Assembly: GCA_016198125.1 (NCBI GenBank)
Contig: JACQJG010000009.1
Span: 5,104-69,103 of the forward strand
Direction: 5' to 3'
DNA: 64,000 nt
Source: Candidatus Iainarchaeum sp.
GTDB lineage: Archaea; Iainarchaeota; Iainarchaeia; Iainarchaeales; VGJJ01
Below are positions 1 to 9,466 of the stretch, piece after piece. Every line of letters begins with the position of its first letter. Position 1 is the stretch's first letter. The notes under the pieces are model-generated. The model saw only the letters and a list, made by a program, of their open reading frames with translations. It was not told the DNA's origin and made no database searches. Both the position numbers and the translations under genes were made by a program.

Positions 1-80
1 GTCTTAAATGCTTTGAGCTTGTGATCGGTGTGCGTGTTGCACTTTTGACAATAAGTTGAAATGGTCTTTGGAATGTTCAT
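1..80 (-). CDS. rpl44e: ribosomal protein eL42 (L44e), N-terminal fragment; gene continues beyond the left edge
   Basis: Absent from the ORF track because it is truncated. Reverse-strand translation from the ATG at 80 gives MNIPKTISTYCQKCNTHTDHKLKAFK, the CxxC zinc-ribbon N-terminus typical of eL42. Confidence 0.7.
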   Translation of the reverse strand, partial: MNIPKTISTYCQKCNTHTDHKLKAFK

Positions 81-244
81 AAAAAAAACCGTTAGCAGTA
101 AAACGATTCAGATTAATTCGTCTGGGCAAGGTTTTTAACCCTTTGCCGCGCACCCATTCAAAAGACTCGGCAAAGGAATAAAAATACGAGACCCTTAATT
201 ATGGTGGTTTTAACCCCTTAAAGGCTTAAAAAAGAGGAGTGGCC

Positions 245-1066
245 ATGGCGCTCATGGAAGGTTTTCTGGATGGATTTAGGTGGATTCGACGCTTTCCTGT
301 TTTCCTGGCACCAGCGTTTTTTGGAGGTATTATTCAAGGAGCCCTGCTTTTATTTACCTGGGATTTTTGGCAGGATTTTGGAATCAGCTTGAGCAGCGGG
401 GCGTTTGCCCTTCCGGGAAACGCGCTTGAGGTTCCCGTGTTCTCATGGCTGGCATTTTCAGAGGTTTGGGGACCGGCCATTGGAATTTTGGGAGCAGGTT
501 TTCTGATTGAAATTGGCGTACTATTCGTGTACGCAAAAATGAGTGCCATGGTCATGCAAAAGAAAAAACCTGCGCTGGGGACTGCATTGAATGCAACCCT
601 CAGCCATTGGACAAGCGTAGTGGCCGTTGCACTTTTTTTCAGCGTAATCTTCGTATTCTTTGCATGGATTATTGCAGTACTTGCAGGCCTCAAAGGCCTA
701 TTGAACGGGATTGGAACAATACTCGCAGTTCTTGCATTCTTTGCCGCAGTCTATGTTTATGTAAGAAGCGTGTTTACGGCCCCTATTCTGGCCATGCATG
801 AAAAAGGGTTAAAGGAAGCCTTGAACACGTCTGCACGTTTTTCTTCTGGCAGGTTTTGGAGCATTGCCTTATTTTTTGGAATCCTTGCAGTGGGACTGCA
901 GGCAGTTCATGGAATTGGTGAAGTATTGGGGGACCCATTTTTGGGGGAAAACGCGCTTGCAGGCGTTCTCGTATTTGATTGGATTGGAAGAAGTTATGCA
1001 TTCACGGCGTTATGCATGTACTACTTAAATGGCGTGCGTGAAGCCAGGGCACGCAAAAGAAAATAA
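245..1066 (+). CDS. polytopic membrane protein, function unknown
   Basis: Track ORF 239..1066 begins at GTG. The in-frame ATG at 245 follows a GAGGAG Shine-Dalgarno-like box. Several helix-length hydrophobic segments and a basic RARKRK tail. No family recognised. Confidence 0.5.
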   Translation: MALMEGFLDGFRWIRRFPVFLAPAFFGGIIQGALLLFTWDFWQDFGISLSSGAFALPGNALEVPVFSWLAFSEVWGPAIGILGAGFLIEIGVLFVYAKMSAMVMQKKKPALGTALNATLSHWTSVVAVALFFSVIFVFFAWIIAVLAGLKGLLNGIGTILAVLAFFAAVYVYVRSVFTAPILAMHEKGLKEALNTSARFSSGRFWSIALFFGILAVGLQAVHGIGEVLGDPFLGENALAGVLVFDWIGRSYAFTALCMYYLNGVREARARKRK

Positions 1067-1086
1067 CGTTTGAGCGGGCATCTTTC

Positions 1087-4068
1087 ATGATTAAAATCAG
1101 CCGGGTGCGCATGAAAAACTTCAAATCCTTCCGCCAGGCCACTGTTCCGTTTGCCCAAGGCTTTACGTGCATCGTGGGAAGCAACGCAAGCGGCAAAAGC
1201 AATGTGATGGACGCCGTTTTATTTGGTTTGGGGGTGCAGAGCCTGAAGCTTTTGCGTGCAAGCCGGTTAACAGACCTGGTCAACCACGATGCACGGGAAA
1301 ACTACGCAGTCGTAACCGTTGAATTGCAGGACGAAGAAAAAAAATACGAGGTAAGCAGAACCATTGACAAGCAGGGAAAAGGCGCATACAGGCTGAATGA
1401 AAAGCGCGTTTCCCTGCACGAAATTGATACCCTATTGGGTGAATTGGGTGTAAGAACAGACGGGCATAATTTTGTTGTTCAGGGGGACATCACGCGCATC
1501 ATCGAAATGAACCCCGTAGAACGCAGGCAGGTCATAGACGAAATTGCCGGGCTGAAAGAATTTGAAGAAAAAAAGAAGGAAGCGCTTTCAGAACTTGAAA
1601 AGGTGGACAAGAAGATAAAAGAAGTACTTATCGTGTTAAACGAACGCACGTCTTTCATTGAGGAAATGGCCAAAGACAAGGAAAATGCATTAAAGTTCAT
1701 TGCACTTGAAAAGGAACTAAAATGTGCGCACAAAACCGTTCTGCATGAAGAGATCCAGCGCATTTCAAAAGACCTGTCTGAATTCCTTTCCAAGGAACTG
1801 GAATGGATTGAAAAAAAAGACGATTCCACTGAAAAAAAACGCGGAATTGGAGAAGAAATAAGCCAATTGGAAAAAAAAGCGGAAGACCTGAATACCCAGG
1901 TTATGGCCTCAAAAGAACGCGCGTTTGAAGAGGTTGGGAAAGGAATTGAAGAACTCAAAGGACAAATCCTCCTGCAGAACGAACGCTTAACGTCTAAACG
2001 CGAACAAGCGGACCAAAACCTTGCGCGCATTCAAGAAGCATTGCAGGAACTGGGAACCAGGGAAGGCGTGCTCAAGGATAAGCGTGAAACTGAAGACCAA
2101 TTGGCCAGAGCCTTGCAGGAAGTGCTCGAACAAGGAAAGCCCTTGCGCGAAAAACGGGAAGTGCAATTGAAAACCCTGCATGCCCAGAATACCTTGGTTA
2201 AAGAACTTGAAGAACAATTAAAGCACTTGAACAATGCCCTGGACAAGCGGCGCACAACATGGTATGAAAAGCAAAGCGAGCGGGAAGCCATTGAAAAGGA
2301 AGCATCGGCGCACGCCTTGCATGCAAGCCGATTGGAAACTGAAATAAAGCGCTTAGACGAAAAATTGCGCGTGCAAAGCCCAAGCATGAAACACTTAGAA
2401 GAGCTTAAAAAAACCCACCCTTCCATTGAAAACGAATTGGATCGTGCAGTCCAAGAATGGAGCAAGAATGTCCAAGACCTTGCGCAGGCACGCAGCCGGC
2501 AGGAACTGGCGGAACTTCATTTTAAACAGCTGGCCCATGCAAAAGCCAGGTGCCCGGTCTGCACGCGCGAATTGAGTGCGCAGGTTAAAACCGGACTGGA
2601 AGCCTTGCAGTCCAAGGCTTTGGAGGAATTAAACAAGGAAACAAATGCGCTCCTGCAGGGCCTTGAAAAGGCAAAAGAAAAGGAGAGTCAATTGAACACA
2701 CTTGAACGTGAAATGCGCGCATTGGAAGAGGTTTCACGCACCGCAAAAGAATGGAAGGCCCAAAAGGACCAACGCGAACGTGAGTTGAATGAGGCGCGCG
2801 CACGAATGAACATTGGTGCACGCCGAATGGAAGCTGACAATACGTTAAAAGAATTGGAAGGCCATTTTAACGCATCCAAAAAGGAATTCCTGGAATGCGA
2901 AAACGCTTTGCGCAGAGCCCGTGAAAAGCTCCAGGGCATGAGCTCTGGAGAGGAATGGAACGCATTCATTGAACGCAAAAGCGAACTGGAGGCGCGTCTT
3001 GCACAAGCCCGCATGCACGTACAACTGATCGGACAGGAATCCAGGCAACTCGGACAGGAAATGCGTGCATTGGAAGCCGAGAACAAGGAATTGGAAGAGG
3101 AAATGCATGAAACCCGGCAAGCCCTCGCAGAAAAACAACGTGCACTCAATGAAATGGAAGGACGCTACTCCAAGGCACTGGAAGCCAACGCTGACCTGAT
3201 AAAAAAACGCGGGCAAGTCAATGAAAAAGTTCATTCTCTTCGCGAAAAAATGGAGTTGTTGGACGAAAAGGTAAAGCAGGTAGACTACCAATTGTCTGAA
3301 CTTAAAATTGAAAAGTCCAGGAACGAAACCAGGCTGTCAGACATGCAAGAGGAAATAAAGCAGTTTGAAGGAACTGAAATAAGCCTCATTGAAGGCGTGG
3401 GCGTTGTTGAACTCAGGAAACGCATTCCTTTGATTGAACGCGAAATGAAGGCATTGGGGGCCATCAATATGAAGGCACTGCAGGACTTTGGAAGGTATGA
3501 AAAAGAAGCGTTGGAAGTCAAAGAAAAGGCTAAAAAACTTGAAGAAGAACGGCTGGCGGTTTTGGACCTCATCGCAAAAATTGATGTGCAGCGGACGGAT
3601 GTATTTATGCAATGCTTCCAGGTGGTCAATGAGAACTTTAACAGGCTTTATTATTCGTTTTTTGAAGGAGAAGCCAAACTGGGGTTCACAAATCCTGAAA
3701 AACCATTGGAAGCAGGATTGCTCATTGAAGCAAAGCATTCGGGTGAAAAACTCAAGAACATTGACTCCATGTCCGGGGGGGAAAAGAGCATGACCGCGCT
3801 TGCATTTCTCTTTGCCATTCAATTGTACGAGCCTGCTCCTTTTTACATTTTTGATGAGGCCGATGCAGCACTGGACAAAAGCAATTCCCTTAAATTGGCC
3901 AACATGATCAAGGAACTTTCAAAAAACAGCCAATTTATTGCCATTACCCACAATGACTCTCTTGTAAAACAGGCAGATCAAATAGTGGGGGTAACCCTTA
4001 ATGAGCACAAGAGTTCGGTGATTGGCCTTAAACTCCAGGAGCAATTACAATCTGCAGCAGCCGCATAA
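1087..4068 (+). CDS. smc: SMC-family chromosome-associated ATPase with a central CxxC (zinc-hook-like) motif instead of a recognisable hinge
   Basis: 993 aa. N-terminal Walker A is GSNASGKSNVMDAVLFGLG followed by LRASRLTDLV (SMC type). C-terminal signature is SGGEKSMTALAFLFAIQ with Walker B FYIFDEADAALD (SMC type, not the Rad50 DEPT type). The rest is heptad-like charged coiled coil. CPVC is at nt 2551-2562, residues 489-492, the midpoint. Confidence 0.85.
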   Translation: MIKISRVRMKNFKSFRQATVPFAQGFTCIVGSNASGKSNVMDAVLFGLGVQSLKLLRASRLTDLVNHDARENYAVVTVELQDEEKKYEVSRTIDKQGKGAYRLNEKRVSLHEIDTLLGELGVRTDGHNFVVQGDITRIIEMNPVERRQVIDEIAGLKEFEEKKKEALSELEKVDKKIKEVLIVLNERTSFIEEMAKDKENALKFIALEKELKCAHKTVLHEEIQRISKDLSEFLSKELEWIEKKDDSTEKKRGIGEEISQLEKKAEDLNTQVMASKERAFEEVGKGIEELKGQILLQNERLTSKREQADQNLARIQEALQELGTREGVLKDKRETEDQLARALQEVLEQGKPLREKREVQLKTLHAQNTLVKELEEQLKHLNNALDKRRTTWYEKQSEREAIEKEASAHALHASRLETEIKRLDEKLRVQSPSMKHLEELKKTHPSIENELDRAVQEWSKNVQDLAQARSRQELAELHFKQLAHAKARCPVCTRELSAQVKTGLEALQSKALEELNKETNALLQGLEKAKEKESQLNTLEREMRALEEVSRTAKEWKAQKDQRERELNEARARMNIGARRMEADNTLKELEGHFNASKKEFLECENALRRAREKLQGMSSGEEWNAFIERKSELEARLAQARMHVQLIGQESRQLGQEMRALEAENKELEEEMHETRQALAEKQRALNEMEGRYSKALEANADLIKKRGQVNEKVHSLREKMELLDEKVKQVDYQLSELKIEKSRNETRLSDMQEEIKQFEGTEISLIEGVGVVELRKRIPLIEREMKALGAINMKALQDFGRYEKEALEVKEKAKKLEEERLAVLDLIAKIDVQRTDVFMQCFQVVNENFNRLYYSFFEGEAKLGFTNPEKPLEAGLLIEAKHSGEKLKNIDSMSGGEKSMTALAFLFAIQLYEPAPFYIFDEADAALDKSNSLKLANMIKELSKNSQFIAITHNDSLVKQADQIVGVTLNEHKSSVIGLKLQEQLQSAAAA

Positions 4069-4074
4069 GGGGTT

Positions 4075-5184
4075 TTGAAGGTGTTTGTGCACAACATGAA
4101 ATGCTTTAACTGCGATGCCGTTTACCTGCCCGTGCATTCCTATCCAAGTTGCGCGCGGTGCGGGGGCATGCTGGACTTTGAATATGATCTCAACGCCGTA
4201 CGCCGTTTTGTCCGAACGCCGGATTTTAGGTCCAAACCGGTATCCCAATGGAAGTATCTTCCATTCTATCCAATAAAAAATCCAGCACTCCTTATAACTC
4301 TTGGAGAAGGAAACACTCCCCTCATTCCTTCCATGAAAAAAAAGGAGGTTTTGTTCAAATTTGAAGGGGTTAATCCAACGGGCTCATTCAAAGACCGCGG
4401 TTCAAGCATTGAAATCACTTTTGCCAAAGAACAGGGCGTAAAGCGCGTGGTGTGCGCAAGCACAGGCAATATGGGGGCCAGCATTGCAGCGTACGCAGAG
4501 CGCGCAAAAATGCGTGCAACCATCTTTGTTCCAACATTTGCGCCCGAGCGAAAGCTCAGGGAAATAAAATCATATGGTGCCAACGTGCGCAGGGTTCACG
4601 GAAACTATGATGACGCGCTCTGCGCAAGCTATGATGCAGTGTTAAAAGCAGGAAAAGTATTCCTTACCGGAGATTACCCTTTGCGGTGCGAAGGCCAGAA
4701 AAGCGTGGCATTTGAAATTGCAGAGCAGTTGCAGTTCAGGGCCCCAAGAAACGTGGTGTGCCCCATTGGAAACGGCACGCTCTTGTACGCTCTCTTCAAG
4801 GGATTCAACGAGCTCGCCTGCGCAGGCCTTATTGGGAAGATACCCAAGCTTTTCGGAGTGCAGGCCGCGGGTTGCAATCCTGTTGAAAACGCGTGGCGCA
4901 ATAATACAGCGTGGATAACCCCGCTCAAGCGCACGCGCACCCACGCCTCGGCCATCAACTGTGGAAACCCGGTGTATGGATTGCACGCATTGAAAGCCAT
5001 TCGTTCAACCAACGGAAAATGCATTGCGTTAACGGATTCCGAGTTAAAAGCCAGCCAAAAAGCCCTTGCACGCGAAGGAATTCACGCCGAGCTTTCCGGT
5101 TCAGCCGCAAGAGGCGGGGCATTAAAACTGGGATTGAAAGGAACCACCGTGGTCATTGTGAGCGGTCACGGATTGAAGGAGTAA
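4075..5184 (+). CDS. thrC: threonine synthase
   Basis: PLP-lysine motif FEGVNPTGSFKDRGS and an N-terminal CFNC...CARC zinc ribbon. Length and order fit the PLP fold-type II family. The track start is TTG at 4075; an alternative ATG is at 4096. Confidence 0.85.
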   Translation: MKVFVHNMKCFNCDAVYLPVHSYPSCARCGGMLDFEYDLNAVRRFVRTPDFRSKPVSQWKYLPFYPIKNPALLITLGEGNTPLIPSMKKKEVLFKFEGVNPTGSFKDRGSSIEITFAKEQGVKRVVCASTGNMGASIAAYAERAKMRATIFVPTFAPERKLREIKSYGANVRRVHGNYDDALCASYDAVLKAGKVFLTGDYPLRCEGQKSVAFEIAEQLQFRAPRNVVCPIGNGTLLYALFKGFNELACAGLIGKIPKLFGVQAAGCNPVENAWRNNTAWITPLKRTRTHASAINCGNPVYGLHALKAIRSTNGKCIALTDSELKASQKALAREGIHAELSGSAARGGALKLGLKGTTVVIVSGHGLKE

Positions 5185-5244
5185 ATCATGAACGACTGCG
5201 GGCGACATGAATAAATCTTGTTTTAATCCACCTGCCCCTATTCC

Positions 5245-5279
5245 AGTTTAAAAGCCCTGGGCGAAAACGATTTTAATTC
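5245..5279 (+). promoter_or_regulatory. TATA-like box (GTTTAAAAG) plus conserved 19-nt element GCGAAAACGATTTTAATTC upstream of the RelE-like gene
   Basis: The same TATA-6 nt-19-mer arrangement occurs on the minus strand at 12149..12183, upstream of the paralogous gene. The 19-mer is identical in both copies. Confidence 0.55.
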
Positions 5280-5300
5280 ATGCCCCTGGTTTTGTGATAA

Positions 5301-5633
5301 ATGGCCGAGTACAGGGTACTGAAAACAGGGGAGTTTGATGAATCCTTTTATCGTTTGAATTCCATTGCACGAAAAAGGATTGGACGTTTTTTAGACCAAT
5401 TGCAGGACAAGGGGGGAATGGTTGGAAAACCGTTGAGCGTTCCATTCATACGGGAAAAGAAATTCAACGGAAACCGGCTTTATTTTCTTGTCTATGTAGA
5501 ACTTAAGGCAGTCCTAGTCGTTGGAATTAGCACAAAGAAAGCTCAAAGCGTGGTTATTGCAGGAGTTAAGGCAAAACTGGGAGAATACAGAGAAATGGTT
5601 TTGCACATGCTACAAGAAAACCCTTATTTGTAG
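5301..5633 (+). CDS. RelE/ParE-like protein (putative toxin), copy 1
   Basis: 110 aa. The pattern YRV...F...RL...FL.QL...GKPL...REKKFNGNRLYFLVY resembles archaeal RelE-fold mRNA interferases. About 50 percent identical by eye to the 110-aa ORF at 11797..12129. Confidence 0.5.
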   Translation: MAEYRVLKTGEFDESFYRLNSIARKRIGRFLDQLQDKGGMVGKPLSVPFIREKKFNGNRLYFLVYVELKAVLVVGISTKKAQSVVIAGVKAKLGEYREMVLHMLQENPYL

Positions 5634-5764
5634 GGCGGCTTCCATTCACTAATACGCCCGTGTTTAAGGTCTTCTAATGCGCGCATGAACATTTGGTACA
5701 CTTCATCGTCTTCCAAAGAAAGTTTCTTGGACATCCTGGATTTGGTCATCGTTAAAGTCTTCAT
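5624..5764 (-). CDS. 46-aa conserved small protein convergent with, and overlapping, the RelE-like gene (candidate antitoxin/partner), copy 1
   Basis: Below the ORF-track size cut-off. Translation is MKTLTMTKSRMSKKLSLEDDEVYQMFMRALEDLKHGRISEWKPPYK. It shares 22 of 46 residues with the equally long ORF at 11664..11804. It has its own TATA-like box (AATTTAAATGG) about 25 nt upstream. Its 3-prime end overlaps the partner gene by 10 nt. Confidence 0.45.
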   Translation of the reverse strand: MKTLTMTKSRMSKKLSLEDDEVYQMFMRALEDLKHGRISEWKPPYK

Positions 5765-5806
5765 AAATAGATTGCCTGCGTTTCCATTTAAATTCTTTTT
5801 GGCTAT

Positions 5807-8137
5807 TCAGGCCCCGGGTTTTGGTAAAATCTTTTTCTTGGCAGTCCCTTTGGCCTTCCATTTGGGTTTTGATTCGCCAGTTCCAACAGGCTTGGGTTTT
5901 GCCTCGTTTGCCGCTGGAGCATGCGACCGTCCTGCCTGTACGGCCCGCATGCGTTTCCGGTATTCCCTGGATTCCATTTCCATGCGCGATTTGGCGTTTT
6001 CGAACTCTTCTTTAGATAAAAGGCCTTGGGCCTGTTGTTCTTCCAAGTGACGCACAGCCACCCGATTGGCAAACACGCGTGCTTCCAGCGTATCCAGTTC
6101 CACCAGGCGCGCAGACTTGGATGAACTGCTTTTATCGCCGCCGGATGCTGGGCGTGCTGAAGCAGCGCTCTTGCGCTGTATCAAAGTAAGACCCACTACC
6201 AGCACGATCAATAAGAGGATCAACCCCAGGAGTCCCATGAAGAGCATTTGCTGCAAGGTGAACCCGGGTATGGGTTCCACTTTTATTTGAACGCCATTTG
6301 TAAAAGGCTGTGTCCCATTAACCGTTAAGGGTGTTTTCTTGTAAGCATCGATTGAATCATAATACGCATAAATGTCTTCGGTCACGCGGAACGTATTTTC
6401 TGCCAGGTATGCAAGCAAAAGGCCGTTGTGCAGGAAGCCAGACGCAGAGGTTCCCTTGTTCTTGGAGTGGTAGAATTCCGCGGATTTAAGAAAGTACCGC
6501 GCATGATCCAGGTAAAGGTTGGCCCATGCAAATTCATGCCTGGAAGCGCTCATGTCCTGTGAAAGGGTCTGAATTTTTTCGCTCAATTCCATTAAAAGGG
6601 TTTCATAGTCCTTGTCCTGGCCTGCAATTGTTCCATTTACGAGGCCCAGCGCGGAGGCAGCATCCATGGAGGCCGCCAAGTGCCATTTATGTGCTTGTTC
6701 AAGCTTGCTGGCATCAAGTCTCCGCACAATATCCTCTGAATCTTCCTGGGAGATGACAGTCAAACCGTTTTCCACGTTCACTTGAAAATCCCCAAAATAG
6801 TCTTTGAAGGATTCATCCGGTTTTACTTGGTTGGCAGAAGTTTGCAGGCCGATTTCATAAAAGTCTTTGGCTGCTTCAAACCATGCGCGCGCGAACTCGT
6901 ATTCACGCAGCCGGCCAATGATTTCATTGTACGCTGCATTGGGGTCTCCTTCAATGTCCACTTGAATGACCTGGTTTTCGGTCAACTTCTTAACGTTCAA
7001 TTCTGCCCACGTCAAACGCTGCTGGGCTGCAATGTACCATTCAATTCCTTCCAATGGGACCGCATTATCAAGCACGCGTTTGAATGATTGTATTTCCTTA
7101 TTCAAACTGGAGATGTTGAGTGAAAAGAATGTTGAACCCTGGTTCAAAAGCGACGGGTTTTCTGAAAGGTCTTTTACCAGGTACGCGTTGACCTTGGCAA
7201 GGAAAATAGAATTCCCTGCAGAATAATAAAAATTGTTGGCGGTTAACAGTTCTGCTTCCTGAAGGGTTTTCTCTGAACTATTGAGGCTGTCCAGCAGCAC
7301 GTTTATGAGGCCCGGGTCCTCCAACAGCGTGGTGGAAAGCGAGTTGCGTGCCTCATTAACGATTTGGGTTGCAGAAGCAAGCAGCCGCTTGTTTAACTCG
7401 CCCAGCGCCTGGGCTTTGGGTTTCACTTCAACTTTTTCGGGAATGTACGTTTCCAGTTCAGGTTCCACGGCTTCATTGATGTCGATTTGCCCAATGTCTT
7501 TGAATGCAAGTTCAAGGACTTGGTCAAGGTCGTGCACTTCCACTACTTTCATGCCCCACGTCTGCAGTGCATATTCCGGCAGCAGCACGGTTTTTACGCC
7601 TTCAGGCAGTTTAACGACCTGCTTGGCTTCGCCTTTTGGGATCATGAATAATTTAATTCCTTTGCCTGCGGCTTCCTTGGACTTTTCAAACACGCCTCCA
7701 ACGGCTCCAACCGTTCCATCGTCGCTGATGGTGCCTGTCAGTGCAACGTTTTTTGGAAAGGGTTTATCCTGGAGCATGGTGACTGCAAGTGCGGTCATGG
7801 CTGCTCCGGCCGAAGGGCCTTCCACCACAGACGCATTGGATTTAATGGTGAAAAAATAATCATAACCCCCGGTGTCCACGTAATTGCTTGCCACTTTGAT
7901 GGCCACGCGCTCTGCGTTTTGGGTAGTGGTTCCAACCAAAGGAGTAATGGCACTCCAAATGTTTCCACTTCCTGGTTTTATCTGGAGTATGAGTTCTGCT
8001 TCCAGCGCTTCTCCTTCTGTGGTGACTGCATATACCTTCATGGAACCTTCTGAGAGTACTGCAAGCACAGGCGTGGCAAACGAAGATAGGAAAAGAACAG
8101 TCAAAAACAATGCAGGCCAGGTTCCAGCGCGCGACAT
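5807..8137 (-). CDS. membrane-anchored Lon-like (S16) serine peptidase without an ATPase module
   Basis: N-terminal signal/anchor helix, then a Lon proteolytic-domain signature. The catalytic Ser context is VEGPSAGAAM and the Lys context is GGVFEKSKEAAGKG. No Walker motifs. A long helical middle region is followed by a C-terminal TM helix (LFMGLLGLILLLIVLVVGLTLI) and a Lys-rich tail with a SHOCT-like GLLSKEEFENAKSRM. Confidence 0.7.
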   Translation of the reverse strand: MSRAGTWPALFLTVLFLSSFATPVLAVLSEGSMKVYAVTTEGEALEAELILQIKPGSGNIWSAITPLVGTTTQNAERVAIKVASNYVDTGGYDYFFTIKSNASVVEGPSAGAAMTALAVTMLQDKPFPKNVALTGTISDDGTVGAVGGVFEKSKEAAGKGIKLFMIPKGEAKQVVKLPEGVKTVLLPEYALQTWGMKVVEVHDLDQVLELAFKDIGQIDINEAVEPELETYIPEKVEVKPKAQALGELNKRLLASATQIVNEARNSLSTTLLEDPGLINVLLDSLNSSEKTLQEAELLTANNFYYSAGNSIFLAKVNAYLVKDLSENPSLLNQGSTFFSLNISSLNKEIQSFKRVLDNAVPLEGIEWYIAAQQRLTWAELNVKKLTENQVIQVDIEGDPNAAYNEIIGRLREYEFARAWFEAAKDFYEIGLQTSANQVKPDESFKDYFGDFQVNVENGLTVISQEDSEDIVRRLDASKLEQAHKWHLAASMDAASALGLVNGTIAGQDKDYETLLMELSEKIQTLSQDMSASRHEFAWANLYLDHARYFLKSAEFYHSKNKGTSASGFLHNGLLLAYLAENTFRVTEDIYAYYDSIDAYKKTPLTVNGTQPFTNGVQIKVEPIPGFTLQQMLFMGLLGLILLLIVLVVGLTLIQRKSAASARPASGGDKSSSSKSARLVELDTLEARVFANRVAVRHLEEQQAQGLLSKEEFENAKSRMEMESREYRKRMRAVQAGRSHAPAANEAKPKPVGTGESKPKWKAKGTAKKKILPKPGA

Positions 8138-8294
8138 GAACCAATCATAATTGAAAAACCCTTTAAATAGGTTTGGGTTTGGCCAGCATTCGGCTTAACA
8201 TGGGAACTGGGGGTTTATCCCAGCCATGCGGTGAATGCCAAAAGCAGCGTACGCTGATGGAGTAACAAAAGAGAAGGAAGGGAAAGCAGGTTGT

Positions 8295-8594
8295 TTAACC
8301 GAACAATCCTGCGAGTCCTGCGGCTGCTTCTTCTTCGCTTTTCTTTTCCTCTTCAACTGCCTTCTTTTCGTCGTGCTTGACTTCCGCACCTCCGCTGGCT
8401 GCAGCAGGGGCTGCTACTACTGCGGCTTTGGCGATGGCATCATCAATGTTGACTTCCTTGAGGGAAGCCACCAATGCTTTGGCCTTCAGGTGGTCTGCTT
8501 CAATGCCTGCGGCGTGCAGTACCTTGCTAACCGATTCCTCGGAGACTTCCTTTTTTGCGGAATGCAACAACAGGGCCGTATACACGTATTCCAT
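8295..8594 (-). CDS. rpl12: ribosomal stalk protein P1 (archaeal L12)
   Basis: [17 protein letters not shown] start, Ala-rich hinge, and acidic tail ending [13 protein letters not shown]. Located downstream of P0. Confidence 0.9.
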   Translation of the reverse strand: MEYVYTALLLHSAKKEVSEESVSKVLHAAGIEADHLKAKALVASLKEVNIDDAIAKAAVVAAPAAASGGAEVKHDEKKAVEEEKKSEEEAAAGLAGLFG

Positions 8595-8635
8595 TTCTTG
8601 TCACCTCGTTTTCAAGTGTTTTGTTCTATTGAATT

Positions 8636-9466
8636 TTAAGCGCTTGCACGTGCCTCCTGGGATTGTGCGGATTGTCCTCCTGCCGCTTCTGCAGTTTCAC
8701 GTGCTCTTTTCCCTTCAACTTCCGCGTTTAACTCTTTGGCTTCGCGGAAAGCCTTTCCCAAAAGCACTTCAATGGACGCATGGTTGAATATTTGCGCGTT
8801 TACTGCCAGGTTTAGGGCATTCCTGTATGCCTGCATGAATTCTTCCAGGGTCTTTTCCGGGTCAATGTCAAGCACGCTTCCAGGATACAGTTCACCGTTT
8901 TCCAGTACTGAATGCACATTCAACTGCAAGGTAATGGGCTTGATGTTGAGTTTTGAAAGCGTGCTGGCCACTGCCAGTGCAATGGGCTCGCCTTTCTTTG
9001 CAACAACTTTGTTTTCAACAACTGCAATGGTCGTGCCCTGCACGCGCACGTTCAATCCGGCTCCTTTCAGGTCCGAGAGTGCAGGGCCTGGCGGCAGTCC
9101 AGTGTCTCCTGCAGGCACTACAATGTCTGCAGGTGCAAGTTGACCGGGCTTTGCAGAAACTTTTCCCTTGCTTTTTTTCACGCGTGCATACAATTCAAAT
9201 GCGTTGAGCTTGGAAAACAGTACGGCAGAGCTTCCGGTGGAAACTTCTTTGAGTTTGGGCAGTCCTGCTTCCTCGAACGCGCGTTGAATCACGCGGATTT
9301 TTGACACCCTTACAACAGCGTCTTTGCTTAAATTCCAGCGCAGTCTTCCAAAGAGCGTGGCAGGAAAGTTGTCAATGTTGGCCACGGCAATGGTGGGGTA
9401 TTCCTTGCACAAGTGCTTGAGTTCAACAAGGCCTTTTTGCTTCCAGGTCTTTGTGTGGCGCCTCAT
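8636..9466 (-). CDS. rpl10: ribosomal protein uL10 (P0)
   Basis: 276 aa between L1 and P1 in the conserved L11-L1-L10-L12 order. The N-terminal region has the uL10 pattern and the C-terminal tail is charged. Confidence 0.85.
   Translation of the reverse strand: MRRHTKTWKQKGLVELKHLCKEYPTIAVANIDNFPATLFGRLRWNLSKDAVVRVSKIRVIQRAFEEAGLPKLKEVSTGSSAVLFSKLNAFELYARVKKSKGKVSAKPGQLAPADIVVPAGDTGLPPGPALSDLKGAGLNVRVQGTTIAVVENKVVAKKGEPIALAVASTLSKLNIKPITLQLNVHSVLENGELYPGSVLDIDPEKTLEEFMQAYRNALNLAVNAQIFNHASIEVLLGKAFREAKELNAEVEGKRARETAEAAGGQSAQSQEARASA

Noticed and set aside
1479-3822. Many 60-180-aa ORFs antisense to or out of frame with the SMC gene (for example 1479..2030, 2031..2465, 2688..3149, 2845..3291, 3337..3822).
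   Set aside because: They are shadow ORFs of a long, stop-poor coiled-coil coding region. Their translations are low-complexity Ser/Phe/Leu-rich strings with no motifs.
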